A stretch of 64,000 nucleotides of DNA from Tricharina praecox (lineage: Eukaryota), in assembly GCF_024521635.1 (NCBI RefSeq), contig NW_026250419.1, positions 682,001 through 746,000 of the forward strand, in the 5' to 3' direction. Of the stretch, positions 1-13,102 are shown in pieces; within the stretch, counting starts at the first letter, position 1; every line of letters starts with the position of its first letter. Position numbers and translations under genes: made by a program. The notes beneath the pieces are model-generated. The model was not told the DNA's origin and did no database searches. It saw only the letters and a list, made by a program, of their open reading frames with translations.

Positions 1-1
1 A

Positions 2-373
2 GGCCTCAAGACGGAGAAAGACCTGGTACTCTACCGCAAGCGCAATGTCTTCGGCAACGTGTTGAACCTGTACATCTCGCCCAACTCTACCGACCACGCA
101 AAGGAGCGGGTCCTAGGATTGCTATGGAACGCGGCGGCGATTGAGGGCGGCGGCACGACACTCATCACCAGGAACGGCGCTATCGCTTGGATCGAGCAGA
201 TGCTGGGCGTGTCGACTGGCGAGGACCTGATGCTCAAGAGGCTCGCGGCTAGACTGTGGGAGGGCTCGGCAAAAACTCATGTCAAGGAGTGGAGTCGCGG
301 GAGTTTGAGTGCGCACTTTGTTGGTGATGGGGCTAGGCTGGGGGCGCAGATGGAGGTGGATGTCGAGACTTAG
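2..373 (+). CDS. URB1: Nucleolar pre-ribosomal-associated protein URB1/NPA1, 3' end only (5' part outside window)
   Basis: Open frame from base 2: GLKTEKDLVLYRKRNVFGNVLNLY...KERVLGLLWNAAAIEGGGTTLITRNGAIAWIEQ. Resembles the fungal URB1 C-terminal domain (recognised from memory). Stop TAG at 371-373. Confidence 0.75.
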   Translation, partial: GLKTEKDLVLYRKRNVFGNVLNLYISPNSTDHAKERVLGLLWNAAAIEGGGTTLITRNGAIAWIEQMLGVSTGEDLMLKRLAARLWEGSAKTHVKEWSRGSLSAHFVGDGARLGAQMEVDVET

Positions 374-559
374 ATGCGGGCTACTTAGCAGTGATTTCTA
401 TTTGTAAGATATATGTACGGCGATCCATGTAACTACCTGCGGCTCGGGAGCATCAATGGTAGTCAGGATGGAGTCTGGTTTTGTAGTTCCTGGTCTCGCT
501 ACCGTCGTGCACTGATACAGAAATGTGGGGGGGAGGATGCTGATGACACCAACCGGAGG

Positions 560-599
560 TTTTTGTTTAATCAGTATTTGCTTGCGACCTAAGTAGATC
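560..599 (-). mobile_element. About 40 bp LINE-type 3' tail fragment
   Basis: Minus strand reads GATCTACTTAGGTCGCAAGCAAATACTGATTAAACAAAAA, close to the LINE end at 32967-33010 (GATCTACTTAGGTCTCAAGTAATTACTGATTAAACTGCAAAAAA). Confidence 0.75.
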
Positions 600-2249
600 T
601 TAAAACCGCCTAGTTGGTTTGACGCGGTACCGACTGTGACTGTTCCTGTTCGGTACCGGAAGGCCTAGTTACACTCATACCTATCGGAATAGCCAACGGT
701 GCAGTTCCCTTCCGGTTCAGTGGGCGGTACATAGATCTATTAGGTATCCACAATGCTCCTATCGTGAGTAGTCACGAAGGAATCTACCACGTCCTAGGTA
801 CATATCATACGGATGATAATGCCGGTGGAAAATTGGTCTGCTTCATGTAGATATTACTTGTTCGAGAGTTTCTAACCTGGGTATCCCACCTGAAGCGAAA
901 ATATCTCGTCAAAAAGGCTTCAAATGTGCAAATACCTACCCCGTGTTTACATGTGTCCATGCTTCGTAAAGTGTTGAAATGTATGTACATTGCAGAGGCT
1001 GGATGAGATCAATTGGTGTCGTCGGTACCGCTTGGTCTTGGTACTGACCGTATGTGCCAGACAAAACTGATTGGCACCCCGTAGGTGCTTTCTTTGGTAC
1101 CAGGTAGGTATTTATATACCACACCGACCACTGTGGTAACCAGCTGCCCTTGTAACCCCAAAGCTTCCATCCGCTCCTGCGTGCGGCCAGAGCACCAGGC
1201 ATACGGTATCTATGGACGGAAACTATCCCGCCTCACACCCACTCCCAGTGCAGCAGCGGCGCGGAGGAGGAGGAGGAGGAGGGCGAGACCTGGGCAGTGG
1301 GTTCCACATTAATTGGGGAACGAAGATATACCGGTATCATACAATCGTAAGTGCTCGGAGGGTATAGCCGGAAGACAAAGTGCGGTGCATGCATACCATA
1401 TGTAGGCCAGTGGGCCTGGGGAACACAGTACGCACGCCTCGTTGGGAACCTCAAACCTTGGGGCCGGTGTTGGGAACTTGGGATTGAAGCGAGGGGGGGG
1501 ATTCCGGGTGTGCGTCTAGGTCTGGGGGACTGGGAGTCTGGGACTGGGACTGGGACGAAAGGGCCACCGCCGGCAGCCATGTGCCGTCCGACTGAGTGCT
1601 ACTGGGCCGCCAGTACTCTCATTGAGTATACCGTAGAACAGCAACGCACCCACCAGGCTCCAGCCAGCAAGATCGATCGCGCCGCCACGCCACGCCAGTC
1701 CCCAGCTGCTGGACACACGGACACACTGGTTTGCGTATATACAGCTACGTGCAGTTACAGCCAAGAAAGGCACTGCACAAGGGAGCGCCACTGCCCTTCA
1801 CCCTTCACCCTTCACCCTTCACCCCCCACGAGCCCGACCTCGAGCCCGATCTCAACACCGCAATCTAGTCCATGGCGATCGGGACTCGGGAAATTGAAAT
1901 ATCCCTACTCCTCCTCCTCCTCCTCCCCCTGCTCCTCCTACAAGGGATGTGCGTGCGTAGGCGGGGAGGGGAGGGGGGAAGATGTACCGCGATCTGCATG
2001 GGTGCATAACTACCAAGGTAAGCACCTGGTAAGATGGATGTAGGTTATCGAGCATGAGCATGTTGGTGGCTTGCATCTCTTCCTCAGATGTGTTGTACAT
2101 CCTTACCTAATGTAACTAATGTACCTAATGTACCTACATACCGCACGACCACCCCGACACCCCCCGGGAGATCTAGACCCAGCTGCGGGAGGGGTTTGAG
2201 ATGCGAGATGGGTGAGATGGGTTTGGGTGGGTGAGATGGATGGGATAGG

Positions 2250-2360
2250 TGTGATGTGTGTGATGTGCAAGATGCGTGGAATGTGTAGGATGTGTGTGAT
2301 GTGTGTGATGTGTGTGATGTGCAAGATGCGTGGAATGTGTAGGATGTGTGTGATGTGTGC
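2250..2360. repeat. 54-bp tandem duplication built from GATGTGTGT-like 9-mers
   Basis: gtgatgtgtgtgatgtgcaagatgcgtggaatgtgtaggatgtgtgtgatgtgt occurs twice in tandem. Confidence 0.85.
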
Positions 2361-2775
2361 GGAGATCGGAGAATATCTCCAGGGGGGGCGTGCACTCTGT
2401 GGGAGGGTGGAGGTGTGGAAGTGCCGTGTAGAAGTGCATCCGATCCGCACCTTGGCAATCCCGCATTCGAGGCTTCTACATATGTACGGCACAATACGGT
2501 AGTAGATATCATACCATACCGTAGGTCCAGAGTCAACCCGTATGTTACCACCTACTCTGGCTGATGGACGACGGGTGCCAAATCCGACCTTCGCATCCGA
2601 CTTCGCATCCAGTACGCAGAGTACGTAGCGTACCTGGTACAGTACGGTAGGTACCTGATGCTTGCTCCTTACGAACGGTTACATGCAGAGCTACGATAGG
2701 CAGTACATACCCCCCTCTCCCCCCCCCCCCCTCCCCAGGCCTCCAGAAGCCATGTACGTCAGTGGCGGCCAGCAC

Positions 2776-2850
2776 GGGCTGGGGCTGGGGCTGGGGCTGG
2801 GGCTGGGGCTGGAGCTGGAGCTGGGGCTGGGGCTGGGGCTGGGGCTGGGG
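2776..2850. repeat. (GGGCTG)n hexanucleotide microsatellite, G4-capable
   Basis: About 12 units, two of them GAGCTG variants. Confidence 0.9.
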
Positions 2851-3515
2851 TCGACCGGGGATGGGGCAGGTTACACGGCGGCGTGGGGTGGTTCGGGTGG
2901 CTCGGGGGCCACAGAATCACAGAGGACTCCGGAGGCGTGAGCCGGATGCTCCGATATCGTACTGGTATGTACCCCCCAGCCCCAGCCGTGCCTCCCGTCC
3001 CAAGCCCACCACCGCGACCACCGCGGCCACCACGGCCACCACACAGCCACCACGGCCAGCGGTTTCGCTTTCGCTTTTGGCAACGGGGATGTGTGTTTCC
3101 TCCCAGACCGGTCTACGGTACCTCAACGAAACACTTTGGCACCCGGCCGCAGAGCTCTGCGTGCCTGGATACCTATGCGTACATGTACTGCGTGTGTATG
3201 TACTGCTTTTGGCTGCTGTGGCTGCTGCATTACACCGTGATACCCGCACTCGCACTCCTTGCACTCCTCCTCGCTCACTCGTGCTGACCGCACACATCTC
3301 ACATCCCACATCTGCATTCCCCTCGCAGGAATGCTCAGGACTGCATGAGTCCACATCCGCCCCTGCCCTCCACCCATCCTACAGCTGTTCCCCCTACAGC
3401 GTCTCCCCTACAGCTACTCCCCTCCTCTCCCACCGCCCGCATGCATCATAAAGGAGCTCATGTACTCTAGAGCAGGCGGGCGTGTTCACAAAGGCTCACT
3501 CGCCTTTCGCTGCCG

Positions 3516-3795
3516 AGTTCCAAGTTCCGAGTTCCAAGTCCCAAGTCCCGAGTCCCGACTGCAATGTTGTAAAGGTACGGCTTGGAAGTTGATTTATCTG
3601 CTGCGATGAAAGCTGAGAGTCTATTCAACCTTCCGTGTAGTTAACGTTCCAAGAGCCCAGCCAATAAACACCAACCAGACAAGGCCCGTCCACACTCCAC
3701 ATGACTGAGAAAACCACGTGATGTTCCAAGTAAGTTCCAAGTTCCAAGTTCCAAGCAAGTTCCAACATGCAAAGCTCAACAAGCAAACTTCCAAG
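3516..3795. repeat. Two clusters of GTTCCAA-like heptamer repeats
   Basis: gttccaagttccgagttccaagtcccaagtcccgag at about 3516-3557 and gttccaa repeats at about 3723-3795. Confidence 0.7.
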
Positions 3796-5064
3796 CCCAT
3801 CATGCTTCGTAAACCCATCTGGTCCATCACCATAGTCCAAGTATCACACGCAATCACACGCACTCAAACGCACTCAACAAGACCTCACGTACGGTAGTAG
3901 ACGACTACATTCTACTCTACTCTACTCCCCACTCCCCCAGCCTCCCCCCACTCCCCCCGCCTTCTCCCCCTCCACCTCCTCCCCCTCTCACCTCAACTCA
4001 CCCAAGAAAATCCCAACAATGCTCGCAGCAATGCCAAAAAAAAAATAAAGACCCATTAATGAACCCCCCACCACCATGATACCTAGAATCTATCTCCCCA
4101 CCTCCATCCGCATCTCCAACCCCATCCCCACCCCCATCTCCATCCCCATTCCCCAAGCCAAAAGTCCTCCTCCCCCTCTTCCATCCATCCAACGACAGAA
4201 AAAAGAATAAATGAAAAACGAAAAAACAAACGCAAAGAAAAGAAGAAGAAATGATAGTGAAAACACCTTAGGCAAAAGGAAAGAGGAAAAAAACCACCGA
4301 CCCCCGTCACCAACCGTCACCGTCACCGTCCGTCCCTACCGTACTGTACCCTGCTAAAGAAAATTCCAATGCCAATGCCAGAAAAGAAACAGACCAGACC
4401 AGACCAGACCAGACCAGACCAGACAGACAGAAAGAGGGGGGGGTATTATTATAAGACGAGTAGAAAAAGCCCAGCCGGATAGATAGATTATGGAAACAGA
4501 TGAATGACACGCTAAAAAAAAGAACCCAAGAGAGACCGTAAGAGAAGAAAGCGATGAGACCCATACAAAAGGAAAAACTCCGAGGAAGCCTAAAGAACGA
4601 GGACATCCCATGATTGACAGCCGCCATTCTTCCTCCCGGCAAAAACACATCTACAGCCGCCAAGGAGAAACCACCAACCCCGCCTTGCGCTCACTGTAAA
4701 CAAAACAAAAAAAAAGTAAAATTGTAGCCGATTAAAATGAAATGGTAGAATATAACCATCGCGACGAGTTCCCGGAAAAAGGGGGGGAAGCGAAACGGGT
4801 GAAGCTGTCGATTGCCGTCGACTGCAGTAGGAACAAACGACCGGATCCGTAGGAGACCATCTCGAGCTCATCGGAACGAGACAACCCATTAAATCCGGAT
4901 AAATAGCTGTCGAGAAAAGAAAAAGGGGGCTCGCTCCCGTATTTCATCATCGCACCACCGAGTGAAAAACCCGGAGCACTTCTTCTTATCTCCCACTCAG
5001 CCTTTCGCCCCTGATTCCTGTCATCACACCCCTGGTCGATTCTGTCGTGTCGATATCTCCTCCC

Positions 5065-7639
5065 TCATCCTAGCATCTCGCGAACTCCTATGCGCTCTCT
5101 CTTTGGCATCTCGATCCGCCTCGGCTCCTCCGGTGCGATGATGCTGGTCCTCATCCTATTTCCATATTGCGGCACAGAGTTCAGCTTCAGTGGTGGGAGT
5201 TGAAGATCCTCCTGCTGGTGCCCGGAGGTATGCGGTCCCGAGATAGACGAACTGGTGGACCCCGTCGGCGTGAGGGTTGCCGGTGATACTGGCGGCCGGT
5301 AGAAATTGGAGGACGCCGGAGACTGAGATGAATTCGAGTACTGTCCCAACGGCGGATACGGTGGTTCATGTTGCATGGTTCGCGGTCGCGACTCCACGGG
5401 AGATGTCGATGATATCCCAGCATGCGAATAAGGGGATTGGGGACCGAAAGGGCCGCCTTGCAGCTGGAGCACGTGGCTCGATGTCAGAAACGAAGGCGAC
5501 TGGAGCGATGGTGTGGTGCTCGGTGTCGGAGTACGGAGCGAGCTCAGATTGGAGTAGGATGCACTGTGGTTGAGCTGAAGAGGAGGCGGCATCTCGTTGG
5601 CGAGGGAGAACGTCATCACAACGAAAGCAACCGAAACGAAGGCCACCTGAGCGCGGATCCGTATACGGATGAAGTTACCATCCGGGCGCCGCAGATGAAG
5701 GGCTTCCGAGTGAGTACTCGTTCCATACGTTGCAGCTGCAATTTGAACTTCACTGACGGCCTGTATTGTCGCATACAACTGATGCCCGGCGAGCCACTCC
5801 TGGGGCTTCCTCCTCTCCCGGATCTCTTCGTTGATTCTGGTCGCCAGGTGATCCACTTTGGCCCGGTCGGAATCCAGGACGATATCGAACAGGCTCTTTT
5901 GGCAGTCGAGCTCCGCTGCCGAGTACCCGAGCAGCTCCCTCATATCGTCGGTCGACTTTGCGACGACCAGCTCCGTTGTCAGGTAAGCTGTAGCATCAGA
6001 TATCGGAGGAAGGTTGAATTTGGATGACCGTCGCTGGTCAGAATAATTGGATGCACGACCGAGTATGTCCTCCTGCAAGGACTGACGGCGGCCTGGCTGG
6101 GATTTCAGGATTCTATTCATTCCGTTACGAGTCGGAATCGATATCGACGGCGACGACGGCGACGAGTAGATACCAGGACGCTGCATCTGAGCCTCGAAGC
6201 TATGCGCTCTGTTATCATCCCGTAACCTTGGTCGACCCCTCTTCTTATGTTGAACATCAATGCAGGTTTCCTGAGTCCGACTGTTAGCAATGGTTTTCTT
6301 TCCGAGGATACGCTCAACTTCGCCGAAACGTACCTGCTTGCCTAATCCTACGCATCGGGGACAAGGTCGACGGGCTAGCAAAAGGCCAATGTTAGCTTCC
6401 GTATCCCCAGCAACTCTTCCCCTCAATTTGATCACATACGATCACTCGAGAATCTCTCCCCCTCAAAAAAAAATCACTCCGTAATGATGGACTACAGCTT
6501 AATGGAGAGAAAGAAAAGAAAGAGAAAGAAAAGAAAGAGAAAGAAAGAAAGAAATATGGGGATAGATTTTCAAAGGCAATCAATTAACTGCAGTTGAAGA
6601 CCAACAGGGGGGAAAATTCCGTCGGTGGATCGAGGCAAGGTTAGTCCCTAAGACCTCCCTGATTTGTTGGTATCCCTCAACGTCCAGTTGTCAACCAGTT
6701 CGGTCGCAGCGGCGCCAACTTAGCACACCCAGCTAGACGGATTTCTTGCAGAAATAGTGACCGGCGGTTGGCCTAGCTAGCTAGCAGCCAATGAATAGGC
6801 CGCTCCAGCTTTGCCGGGATTTCCGGCGGCGGCGGTGTCCATCGGGATATTGGAATGAGACATAAAAAAGGAGTCAACATACTGTCACAAGCCAGATGGG
6901 CCTTCTTGCAATTGACGCAAGCTGAAGCCACATGGGACTTTGGCCTTCTAGGAGGTGGCGGAGCTGAGAAGCTCGTCTGCGGTACGAATGGCGACCTTCC
7001 GGACGGCGACGGTACCGAGGGCGAGAATTGCTCACCGGTTATCGACGGGAACGGTGCGGGAAAGCTCTCTGGCTCCCTTGGCGACGAAGCTCCGACGCTG
7101 AACGGTGTCGACTGTGGCTGCTGCTGTTGGTGATGGTGATGGTGGTGGTGCTGTTGCGGCTGCTGCTGCTGTTGGTGGTGGTGATGGTGGTGGTTGCGAC
7201 TGTGGTCCTGCTGCGGTTGGTGGTATTGCTGCTGCTGTTGTTGCTGTTCCTGCGGATATCGATAGGAGCCGTAATTAGGTTGAGGCTGGGCAGCGGTTGA
7301 AGGGTAGTATGTCGGATTATTGTTGGCATTATTGCTGCTGTCGTTGCTGTCGCTGTTGTTGTTATTGCTGTTGTTGTCGTTGTGGTGGTGATGTTGGTGG
7401 TGGTGTTGGTGCTGGTGGTGATGTTGATGCAGCCGCTGGTCGTCGGAAGGCTGTGGGTTTAATGGCGGCGGGGAGTGCGACATTGGAGGCGACGGGTATG
7501 GCACCTTGTGTACAGGTCTTCGTTCCAGGTCGAGGGAGAACCGGGCCAGGTCGTGAGATATCGATCTTCGCGCACCAAAGGAAGACGGAGCCTGGAGACC
7601 TCGTGGTAGGGACGAAGACGGTTGCATGGAGACGTGCAT
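5065..7639 (-). CDS. Zn(II)2Cys6 transcription factor with His/Gln/Asn-rich N-terminus and PAS-like middle region; exons 7639-6883, 6374-6334, 6270-5065
   Basis: Splicing at GTATGT..GCTAAC..TAG (508 nt) and GTACGT..GCTAAC..CAG (63 nt) rebuilds a complete six-Cys cluster ACVNCKKAHLACDTRRPCPRCVGLGKQETCIDVQHKKRGRPRLRD. AYLTTELVVAKSTDDMRELLGYSAAEL..KSLFDIVLDSDR..LHLRRPDGNFIRIRIRA is PAS-like. Confidence 0.9.
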
Positions 7640-9100
7640 TTATGGCACAGCAGGTGCGATGGGAGGTTGGGGGGATCAGGAGCAGGAGCGGCAGCAGTAG
7701 AAGTAGCAGGAGCAAGAGGAGGAGCAGTGGGAGGAGGAGGAGCAAGAGCAGGAGCAAGAGTAGCTGGGGGGTGAAAGTGTGCGGGGGGGAAGCGCCGGGA
7801 GGTAATGGAGCTGATACTGCTATGCTGCTGTAGTGGATGCTTAAGCAGGTCCGGGGGCGATTGAGCAATCCTCCTCCCTCAACCTGGATTAGGCGCGGAA
7901 GCAAGACCAGTACGGATAACACGACACACAAGCGCACACACACAGACACACACACGCTCGCTCTCTCACACACACGCTCACACGCACACACGGAGACGGA
8001 GCCAATTAGAGCGGAATATCTGTCAATTGGGGAAGCAGATGCAGTCGCGGCGGATTTAGAGTAGCGAGCAGATGGGCCGGTGCATGGACGGGGGGGCTCT
8101 GGGCGGAGTAGCGGGTGAGTGAGTGAGTGAGAGTCAGGCAGTGAGGGTTTGTAGTGGTAGTGGTAGGAGTTTTGGCTGGGGGAGGCTTTTTTTTTTGGCG
8201 AAGGGGGAGGGTTATGAGGCGGGCGAGCGGTGACGATGATGGCTGGCAAGTTTTGGACGTGAATGGGGGTTGGTGGAGGTAGGCTTATGGTTAAGAGGAG
8301 CACAGCCTGAGCTTCCGGGTAGTTTTTTTTTTTTTTTTTTTTTGGAAGGGGGGAGGGTGTGTGTGTGAAAGTGTGTGGGTGGGTGAGTCGTTGCTGTGCC
8401 GTGGAAGTTGTCGGTACCGAAGTTTGCAGCAAGGAAAGCCGGACGGGATGATGGGATGGATACGGATGAACGCGAAGGGGGGAGATGGTGGAAGGGACGA
8501 CATGTGAGCACAATATAACGACCTTTTTTTTCTCTTTCTTTCTTTCTTTTCTCTATTTCTGTTTGACGACTAAGGCAGGGCTTGAACTGACTGGGGGGTA
8601 GAGAGAGACAGAGAGCCGAGAGGACAAGAGAGAGAATGGAGAAGGGAGAGTCGCTGCCAGGAAGAGACGACACCCTAACTCCTCTAAGGAGACAGACACA
8701 GACACAGACAAAGTCCTGACAGGCAGGCTGGCAGGAAAGAAAGAAAGAAAAAAAAGGAATGAGGCGCTGCGGCGGTGCGGCGCGCGAGGAATAACAGCTG
8801 TAAGGTATCCCTCCCCTCCCCCCCTAAAAAAAAAGAAATAAAACCATGAGGGAAAAGGAAACACAGGATCACAAAAACCCTGCGGAGAACCGAAAAGAAG
8901 GAAAAAGGAAAGAGGAAGAAAAAAAACACAAGTGCACAAGTACCTGGAGGTCGAGTGAATAATAGTTAGGGAGCTTAGCCCAACCCTGCAGATTGGCGGT
9001 GGCATCAGGAAATCGTTAGTGCGAGGTGGCCATTGCTTTTTCCTCGTCCGCGGCGGGAAAGGCACAGGGAATTGGTTTCTGTGGAGCGGCGGCGGGAAGA

Positions 9101-9150
9101 AGGGGAAGGGGAAGGGGAAGGGGAAGGGGAAGGGGAAGGGAAAGGGAAAG
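9101..9150. repeat. (GGGGAA)n polypurine tract, G4/H-DNA capable
   Basis: About six GGGGAA units followed by GGGAAA units. Confidence 0.85.
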
Positions 9151-12100
9151 AGAGGGCGAGCCGGCTAGCTACTAGCAAGTAGTAGAGTTGGGTACTAAAA
9201 GTGTCCGTCTGGTTCGCGTTAGGAGGATTGGGCCCTTGACCACCATCACCACCCCCCGAAAGAAGGAGACGACGGTGGAGGGAAATTGCCTACCGAGGAC
9301 TGGGCGCACTGACGTCCACTCGATTGATTGACCGAGTACTGATTGACCGCGCCATCATCTGCACAGAATGGTCTTGACGGCTTGGGACGCTACCTGCGCC
9401 AAGCTGCGCGACAGCTCGCTCGCTCGTTCTCCAGAGGTATTTCCCGAAGTCGAAACCCTGGCCGGGGAGATGGGGAAGGGGAGGAGGGGGGAGGAGGATG
9501 ATGAGGAGGAGGGGGAGGGAAGGAGGGGAGGAGGGAAGGAGGGAGGGAGGGATGGAGAAAAGGGCCGGGAGGCATGAGCTCGCAGGGAGGCAGGCAGGGA
9601 GGATGGATGTGTCCCTCACGACGACGACCAGCGGCCATGCGTCCGGGAATGCTAGGTCCATCGCCTAGGCCCATCGCACGCAGCGTATGTGCACTACCGT
9701 CCTCGCTCAGGAGTGCTGGTATGCTAGCAGTTATGCTAGTAGTAACCATGTACCTCTGTCTGCACGCGGAGAAGAGAGAGAGCTGGCTGCGCTGGTAGCT
9801 ATGCAAGTAGCCATCTACAGCTCGCCGCGCTTCGACGGACAGCTCGAGGGGGAACAATGCTCAGAGGAGCGCTACGTACGGCGCCACCCTCGGCATTGCG
9901 GGATCCTCCTCGCACGCTCACTCCCACAGATCTGTACCGTACCGGTATATATCTCTGCGATGCATGCGAGGAACAGAACATGTATGTAGAAAGTAGATAT
10001 CACAACACCCGCACGGCCGTGGCCTCCTACTGGCCAGCATCGCAGCACAGCATTCGTTTCTTTCGTTGGGCCCCCTCACCCCCGTAGTTACGTTCCACTC
10101 CTTTAGGCCCCAACTTAGAGCAGAGTAACTGCTAGTTATACTAGTGCTGGTAGCAGCGCATCCCCATATGTAGAAGCTCTAGCTCCAGCGTATATGTAGC
10201 AAGCACCACCCAGGTCCCTAGATAGAGTACTTGCCTAGTTAGAAGGTACATGGGAAAGTAACATAGGTGGGCCAGTACTTACTTGGGCATGTATCTTACC
10301 TTGCGCCGCCGCCGAGCTACATATTTATGTACCTGAGTCTGTGTTGATGCTCATGCAAATTCCGGCTTGAAAAACCAACCGTTGGATCTAAGGTCTGGGC
10401 GTCGCATCGTCTATCTCGTTCGCTTAGCACCACCCGCTCCTCCCCGCCGTCCACATATCGGTAGAGTACATAGGCGCGTGGTCGCACATCCGTTGGCACG
10501 CCATGAGCAGGCAGGTAAGAAGTCGGTAAGTAGGGACTCGAGGTGCCTGGATGATCGCGACGGAACGATTCCGCCAGTTGCTCTCCGCTATTCGTCCGCT
10601 GTACTGTGAGTACCAGTTAGTACCGGTACGTACAGTACCACACATCCGCGTCTTCTCCCTCTTGTTGAGATACCTACCCATCGATATACCAACCTGCTGC
10701 CCGCCTGCCCATGGTCTCCCTCGCTGGAGCTCGAAGCCGCACCGGCTGGCACTCGGCTGCCCAACTGCAACGGTTCGGGACCCGGCCACCGGCGCCGTTC
10801 GGTCGAATGTTGCCGTGCGTCGTGTGTACGGTAGGACGTTCTGTTCGAGCGCTGCGGCTCCAAGCTATAGTAAAGTACTATAACGATGCTCGCGATCAAC
10901 GGCAGTTCATCCGTCCGTGTGTTCGCTCCGATCGACGACACATGTAAAATAGTAGATGGGTATATAGCTCCACTCTCGCCATGGCACGATGCGGGACTGA
11001 AATCCGTGAGTCGGACAGAAAGCGTGGCGACGATCGAAGTCCTATTGCTGCTCATTCTCCGTGGCTCGTGCTAGCGCCTGAAGATTGCTGCTCGTAGAGT
11101 CGTGTAGAAGAGCAGGCTGCAGCAGCGCAGCAGCGACGGAGCAGAGGCGAGGGCGAGAGGCTGTATGTAGTAGCGGGCCATTGCCGGGCCACTCATGGGT
11201 GAGCACTCGAACGTCCGAGCACTTCCGGGCCTGACCTTCCGAATCCAGGGCCGCATCTACCACTCTAGTAGGTACATCACAGCCGCAAATAATGAACAAT
11301 CCGAAAGTGTCCCGCCGTGCTCCATTTCTGATCTCCTCAACCTCCGCCCCGCCCCCGATGCAAGGGAGGTGTCTCATCGAACCCTCCCCCCACACACCCC
11401 TCCCCCACCGAAAGCAGTCTGTTCTATTTTTTATTTCCCCTCAAGGTAGTTGCAGCGCGTCGAGTCAAGCTATCCGTACGTAACGACGGGCGGACATTTT
11501 GACCGCTCTCCGAGCCAAAAAGAACCCCAAAGGAGGCGAGTCCTGCGCGGGGCATCACGTCGATTTGATGGCGATGAACCCGGCGCCATCTAGCGTCGAC
11601 TCGCTTCCTCACTACGGGGGTTACTCTACATGAGTGATCCATGGCACCACCACCTTTCCCACCAGCCAGCAGGGAAGAAGGGAAGAAGGGAAGAAGGGAA
11701 GTACATGTGTAGGGAACGGAAGGGAAGTAGGGAAGGGAGGGAGGGAGCGATATAATTCCTGGGCTAGCCAGGGTAGGGGGGAGGGGACCAACTCACCCAT
11801 CACCAGTGACCACCCTACCCAAGTACCATCATACCAACCACGGCTCCAGAGATCATCGCTATTCGCCGGAAATGGAGCGATTCACCCCCATCAAATCAAA
11901 CGGATTACCCACCTCGCCGGAGAAGCGTGGGGAAAGGATCAAAAGTAAGCGGCGGACGGAGGTGAGAGGTGGAGGGAGTGGGGCGGCGGGGCCTGCTAGC
12001 GGGTTTTTTTCTTTCTTTCCTTCTTTCTTTCTTTCCTTTCAGATGGTTGCTGCATGCTGCTTTAGCTTCCAGTTACGCTTTCTCTCCGCGACATCTTGAG

Positions 12101-13070
12101 CGAGCCTGAAGACGGTAGCCTATCAGATCGACGCCCGTGCACGCCCCGCTCCCTTCATCCCGTTCCCATTCCCACAAACCCATGGGCAGACGGTAACCCA
12201 ACAGCAACAAGATGAATACGTCTCTCCACGGCAAGAGGAGGAGGATGATGAGAATGATGAGGATGACGAGGAGGAGGGGAGGAGGGAGGAGGGCGAGGAG
12301 GACGAGGAGCGAGGTAGAGTGGAATGGATCGGGTTGTCTGCTCTTGGTCGTGTGGAGTGGAGTCGTGGGTCACAAACATGACCACTCGACACCGAGACCG
12401 AGACCGAGACCGAGCCAGGACGGACCGGGGCTCCTGGGCTTGATCGAATCGATTCCACGAGCGGACCACAAGGCAGACAGTTTGGGGGGAGGCAAGCGGG
12501 CGTGTTCCCGTTACCCGTCCACGCTGTGTCCTCGTTATTTTATTTTTCACCCGACTTCCTTCCGTCTCAGCAACATGAAGTGAGTAACCCTCCGGGCGAT
12601 CGCTGCACGGCCGGACAATTATGGAAAGCTTGTTGTTGCTGGGTGGTGTGTCACTGCCGCTTTCCTGCTCAACGCGGGTCCGCACATAACTAGAGTCCGA
12701 TCGAAATCTGTCAATTGCAACGACGTCCGCCCCACACACTCTCCCGGTCTCCCAGTCTCCCACTCCCACACTCTCTCCCACACCCCTGCAACACAGCCGA
12801 TTCAATTCTCCCCACCTCTCCCGGAAACAACTGATGATTGGTTGCTCGGTGAGGTTATTTCGGATCGGACGGCGGGCCGCGGAGGATACGTACGTATGTA
12901 CGGTAATCTCATGGAATCCCCCAACACAGCTCCCCAGTTCCTAGCCCAACACTTCCTCTGCACGGCCCAAGGTATGATATATATCCCGGTGCGGCAACGT
13001 CCCCGCGCCCTGTATGCGTGGTGAACGTTCAAGGTACTCTAGAGACGTATCCCGAGGAAGCGGAAGCACT

Positions 13071-13101
<31 letters not shown>
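13071..13101. repeat. (CAG)10 microsatellite, non-coding
   Basis: Read directly from the sequence. Confidence 0.9.

Positions 13102-13102
<1 letters not shown>

Noticed and set aside
1351..3451. Several 130-230 aa ORFs (poly-GW/GL, HTSH repeats)
   Set aside because: Open frames arise from stop-free microsatellites; no domain or coherent exon structure.
7362..8513. 383-aa ORF overlapping the transcription factor start
   Set aside because: TTG start, low-complexity microsatellite translation, out of frame with the real gene.
8018..12717. Repeated 12-mer ATCTGTCAATTG and scattered CCAATC boxes
   Set aside because: Chance 12-mer repeats and about ten CCAATC hits are expected in 20 kb.
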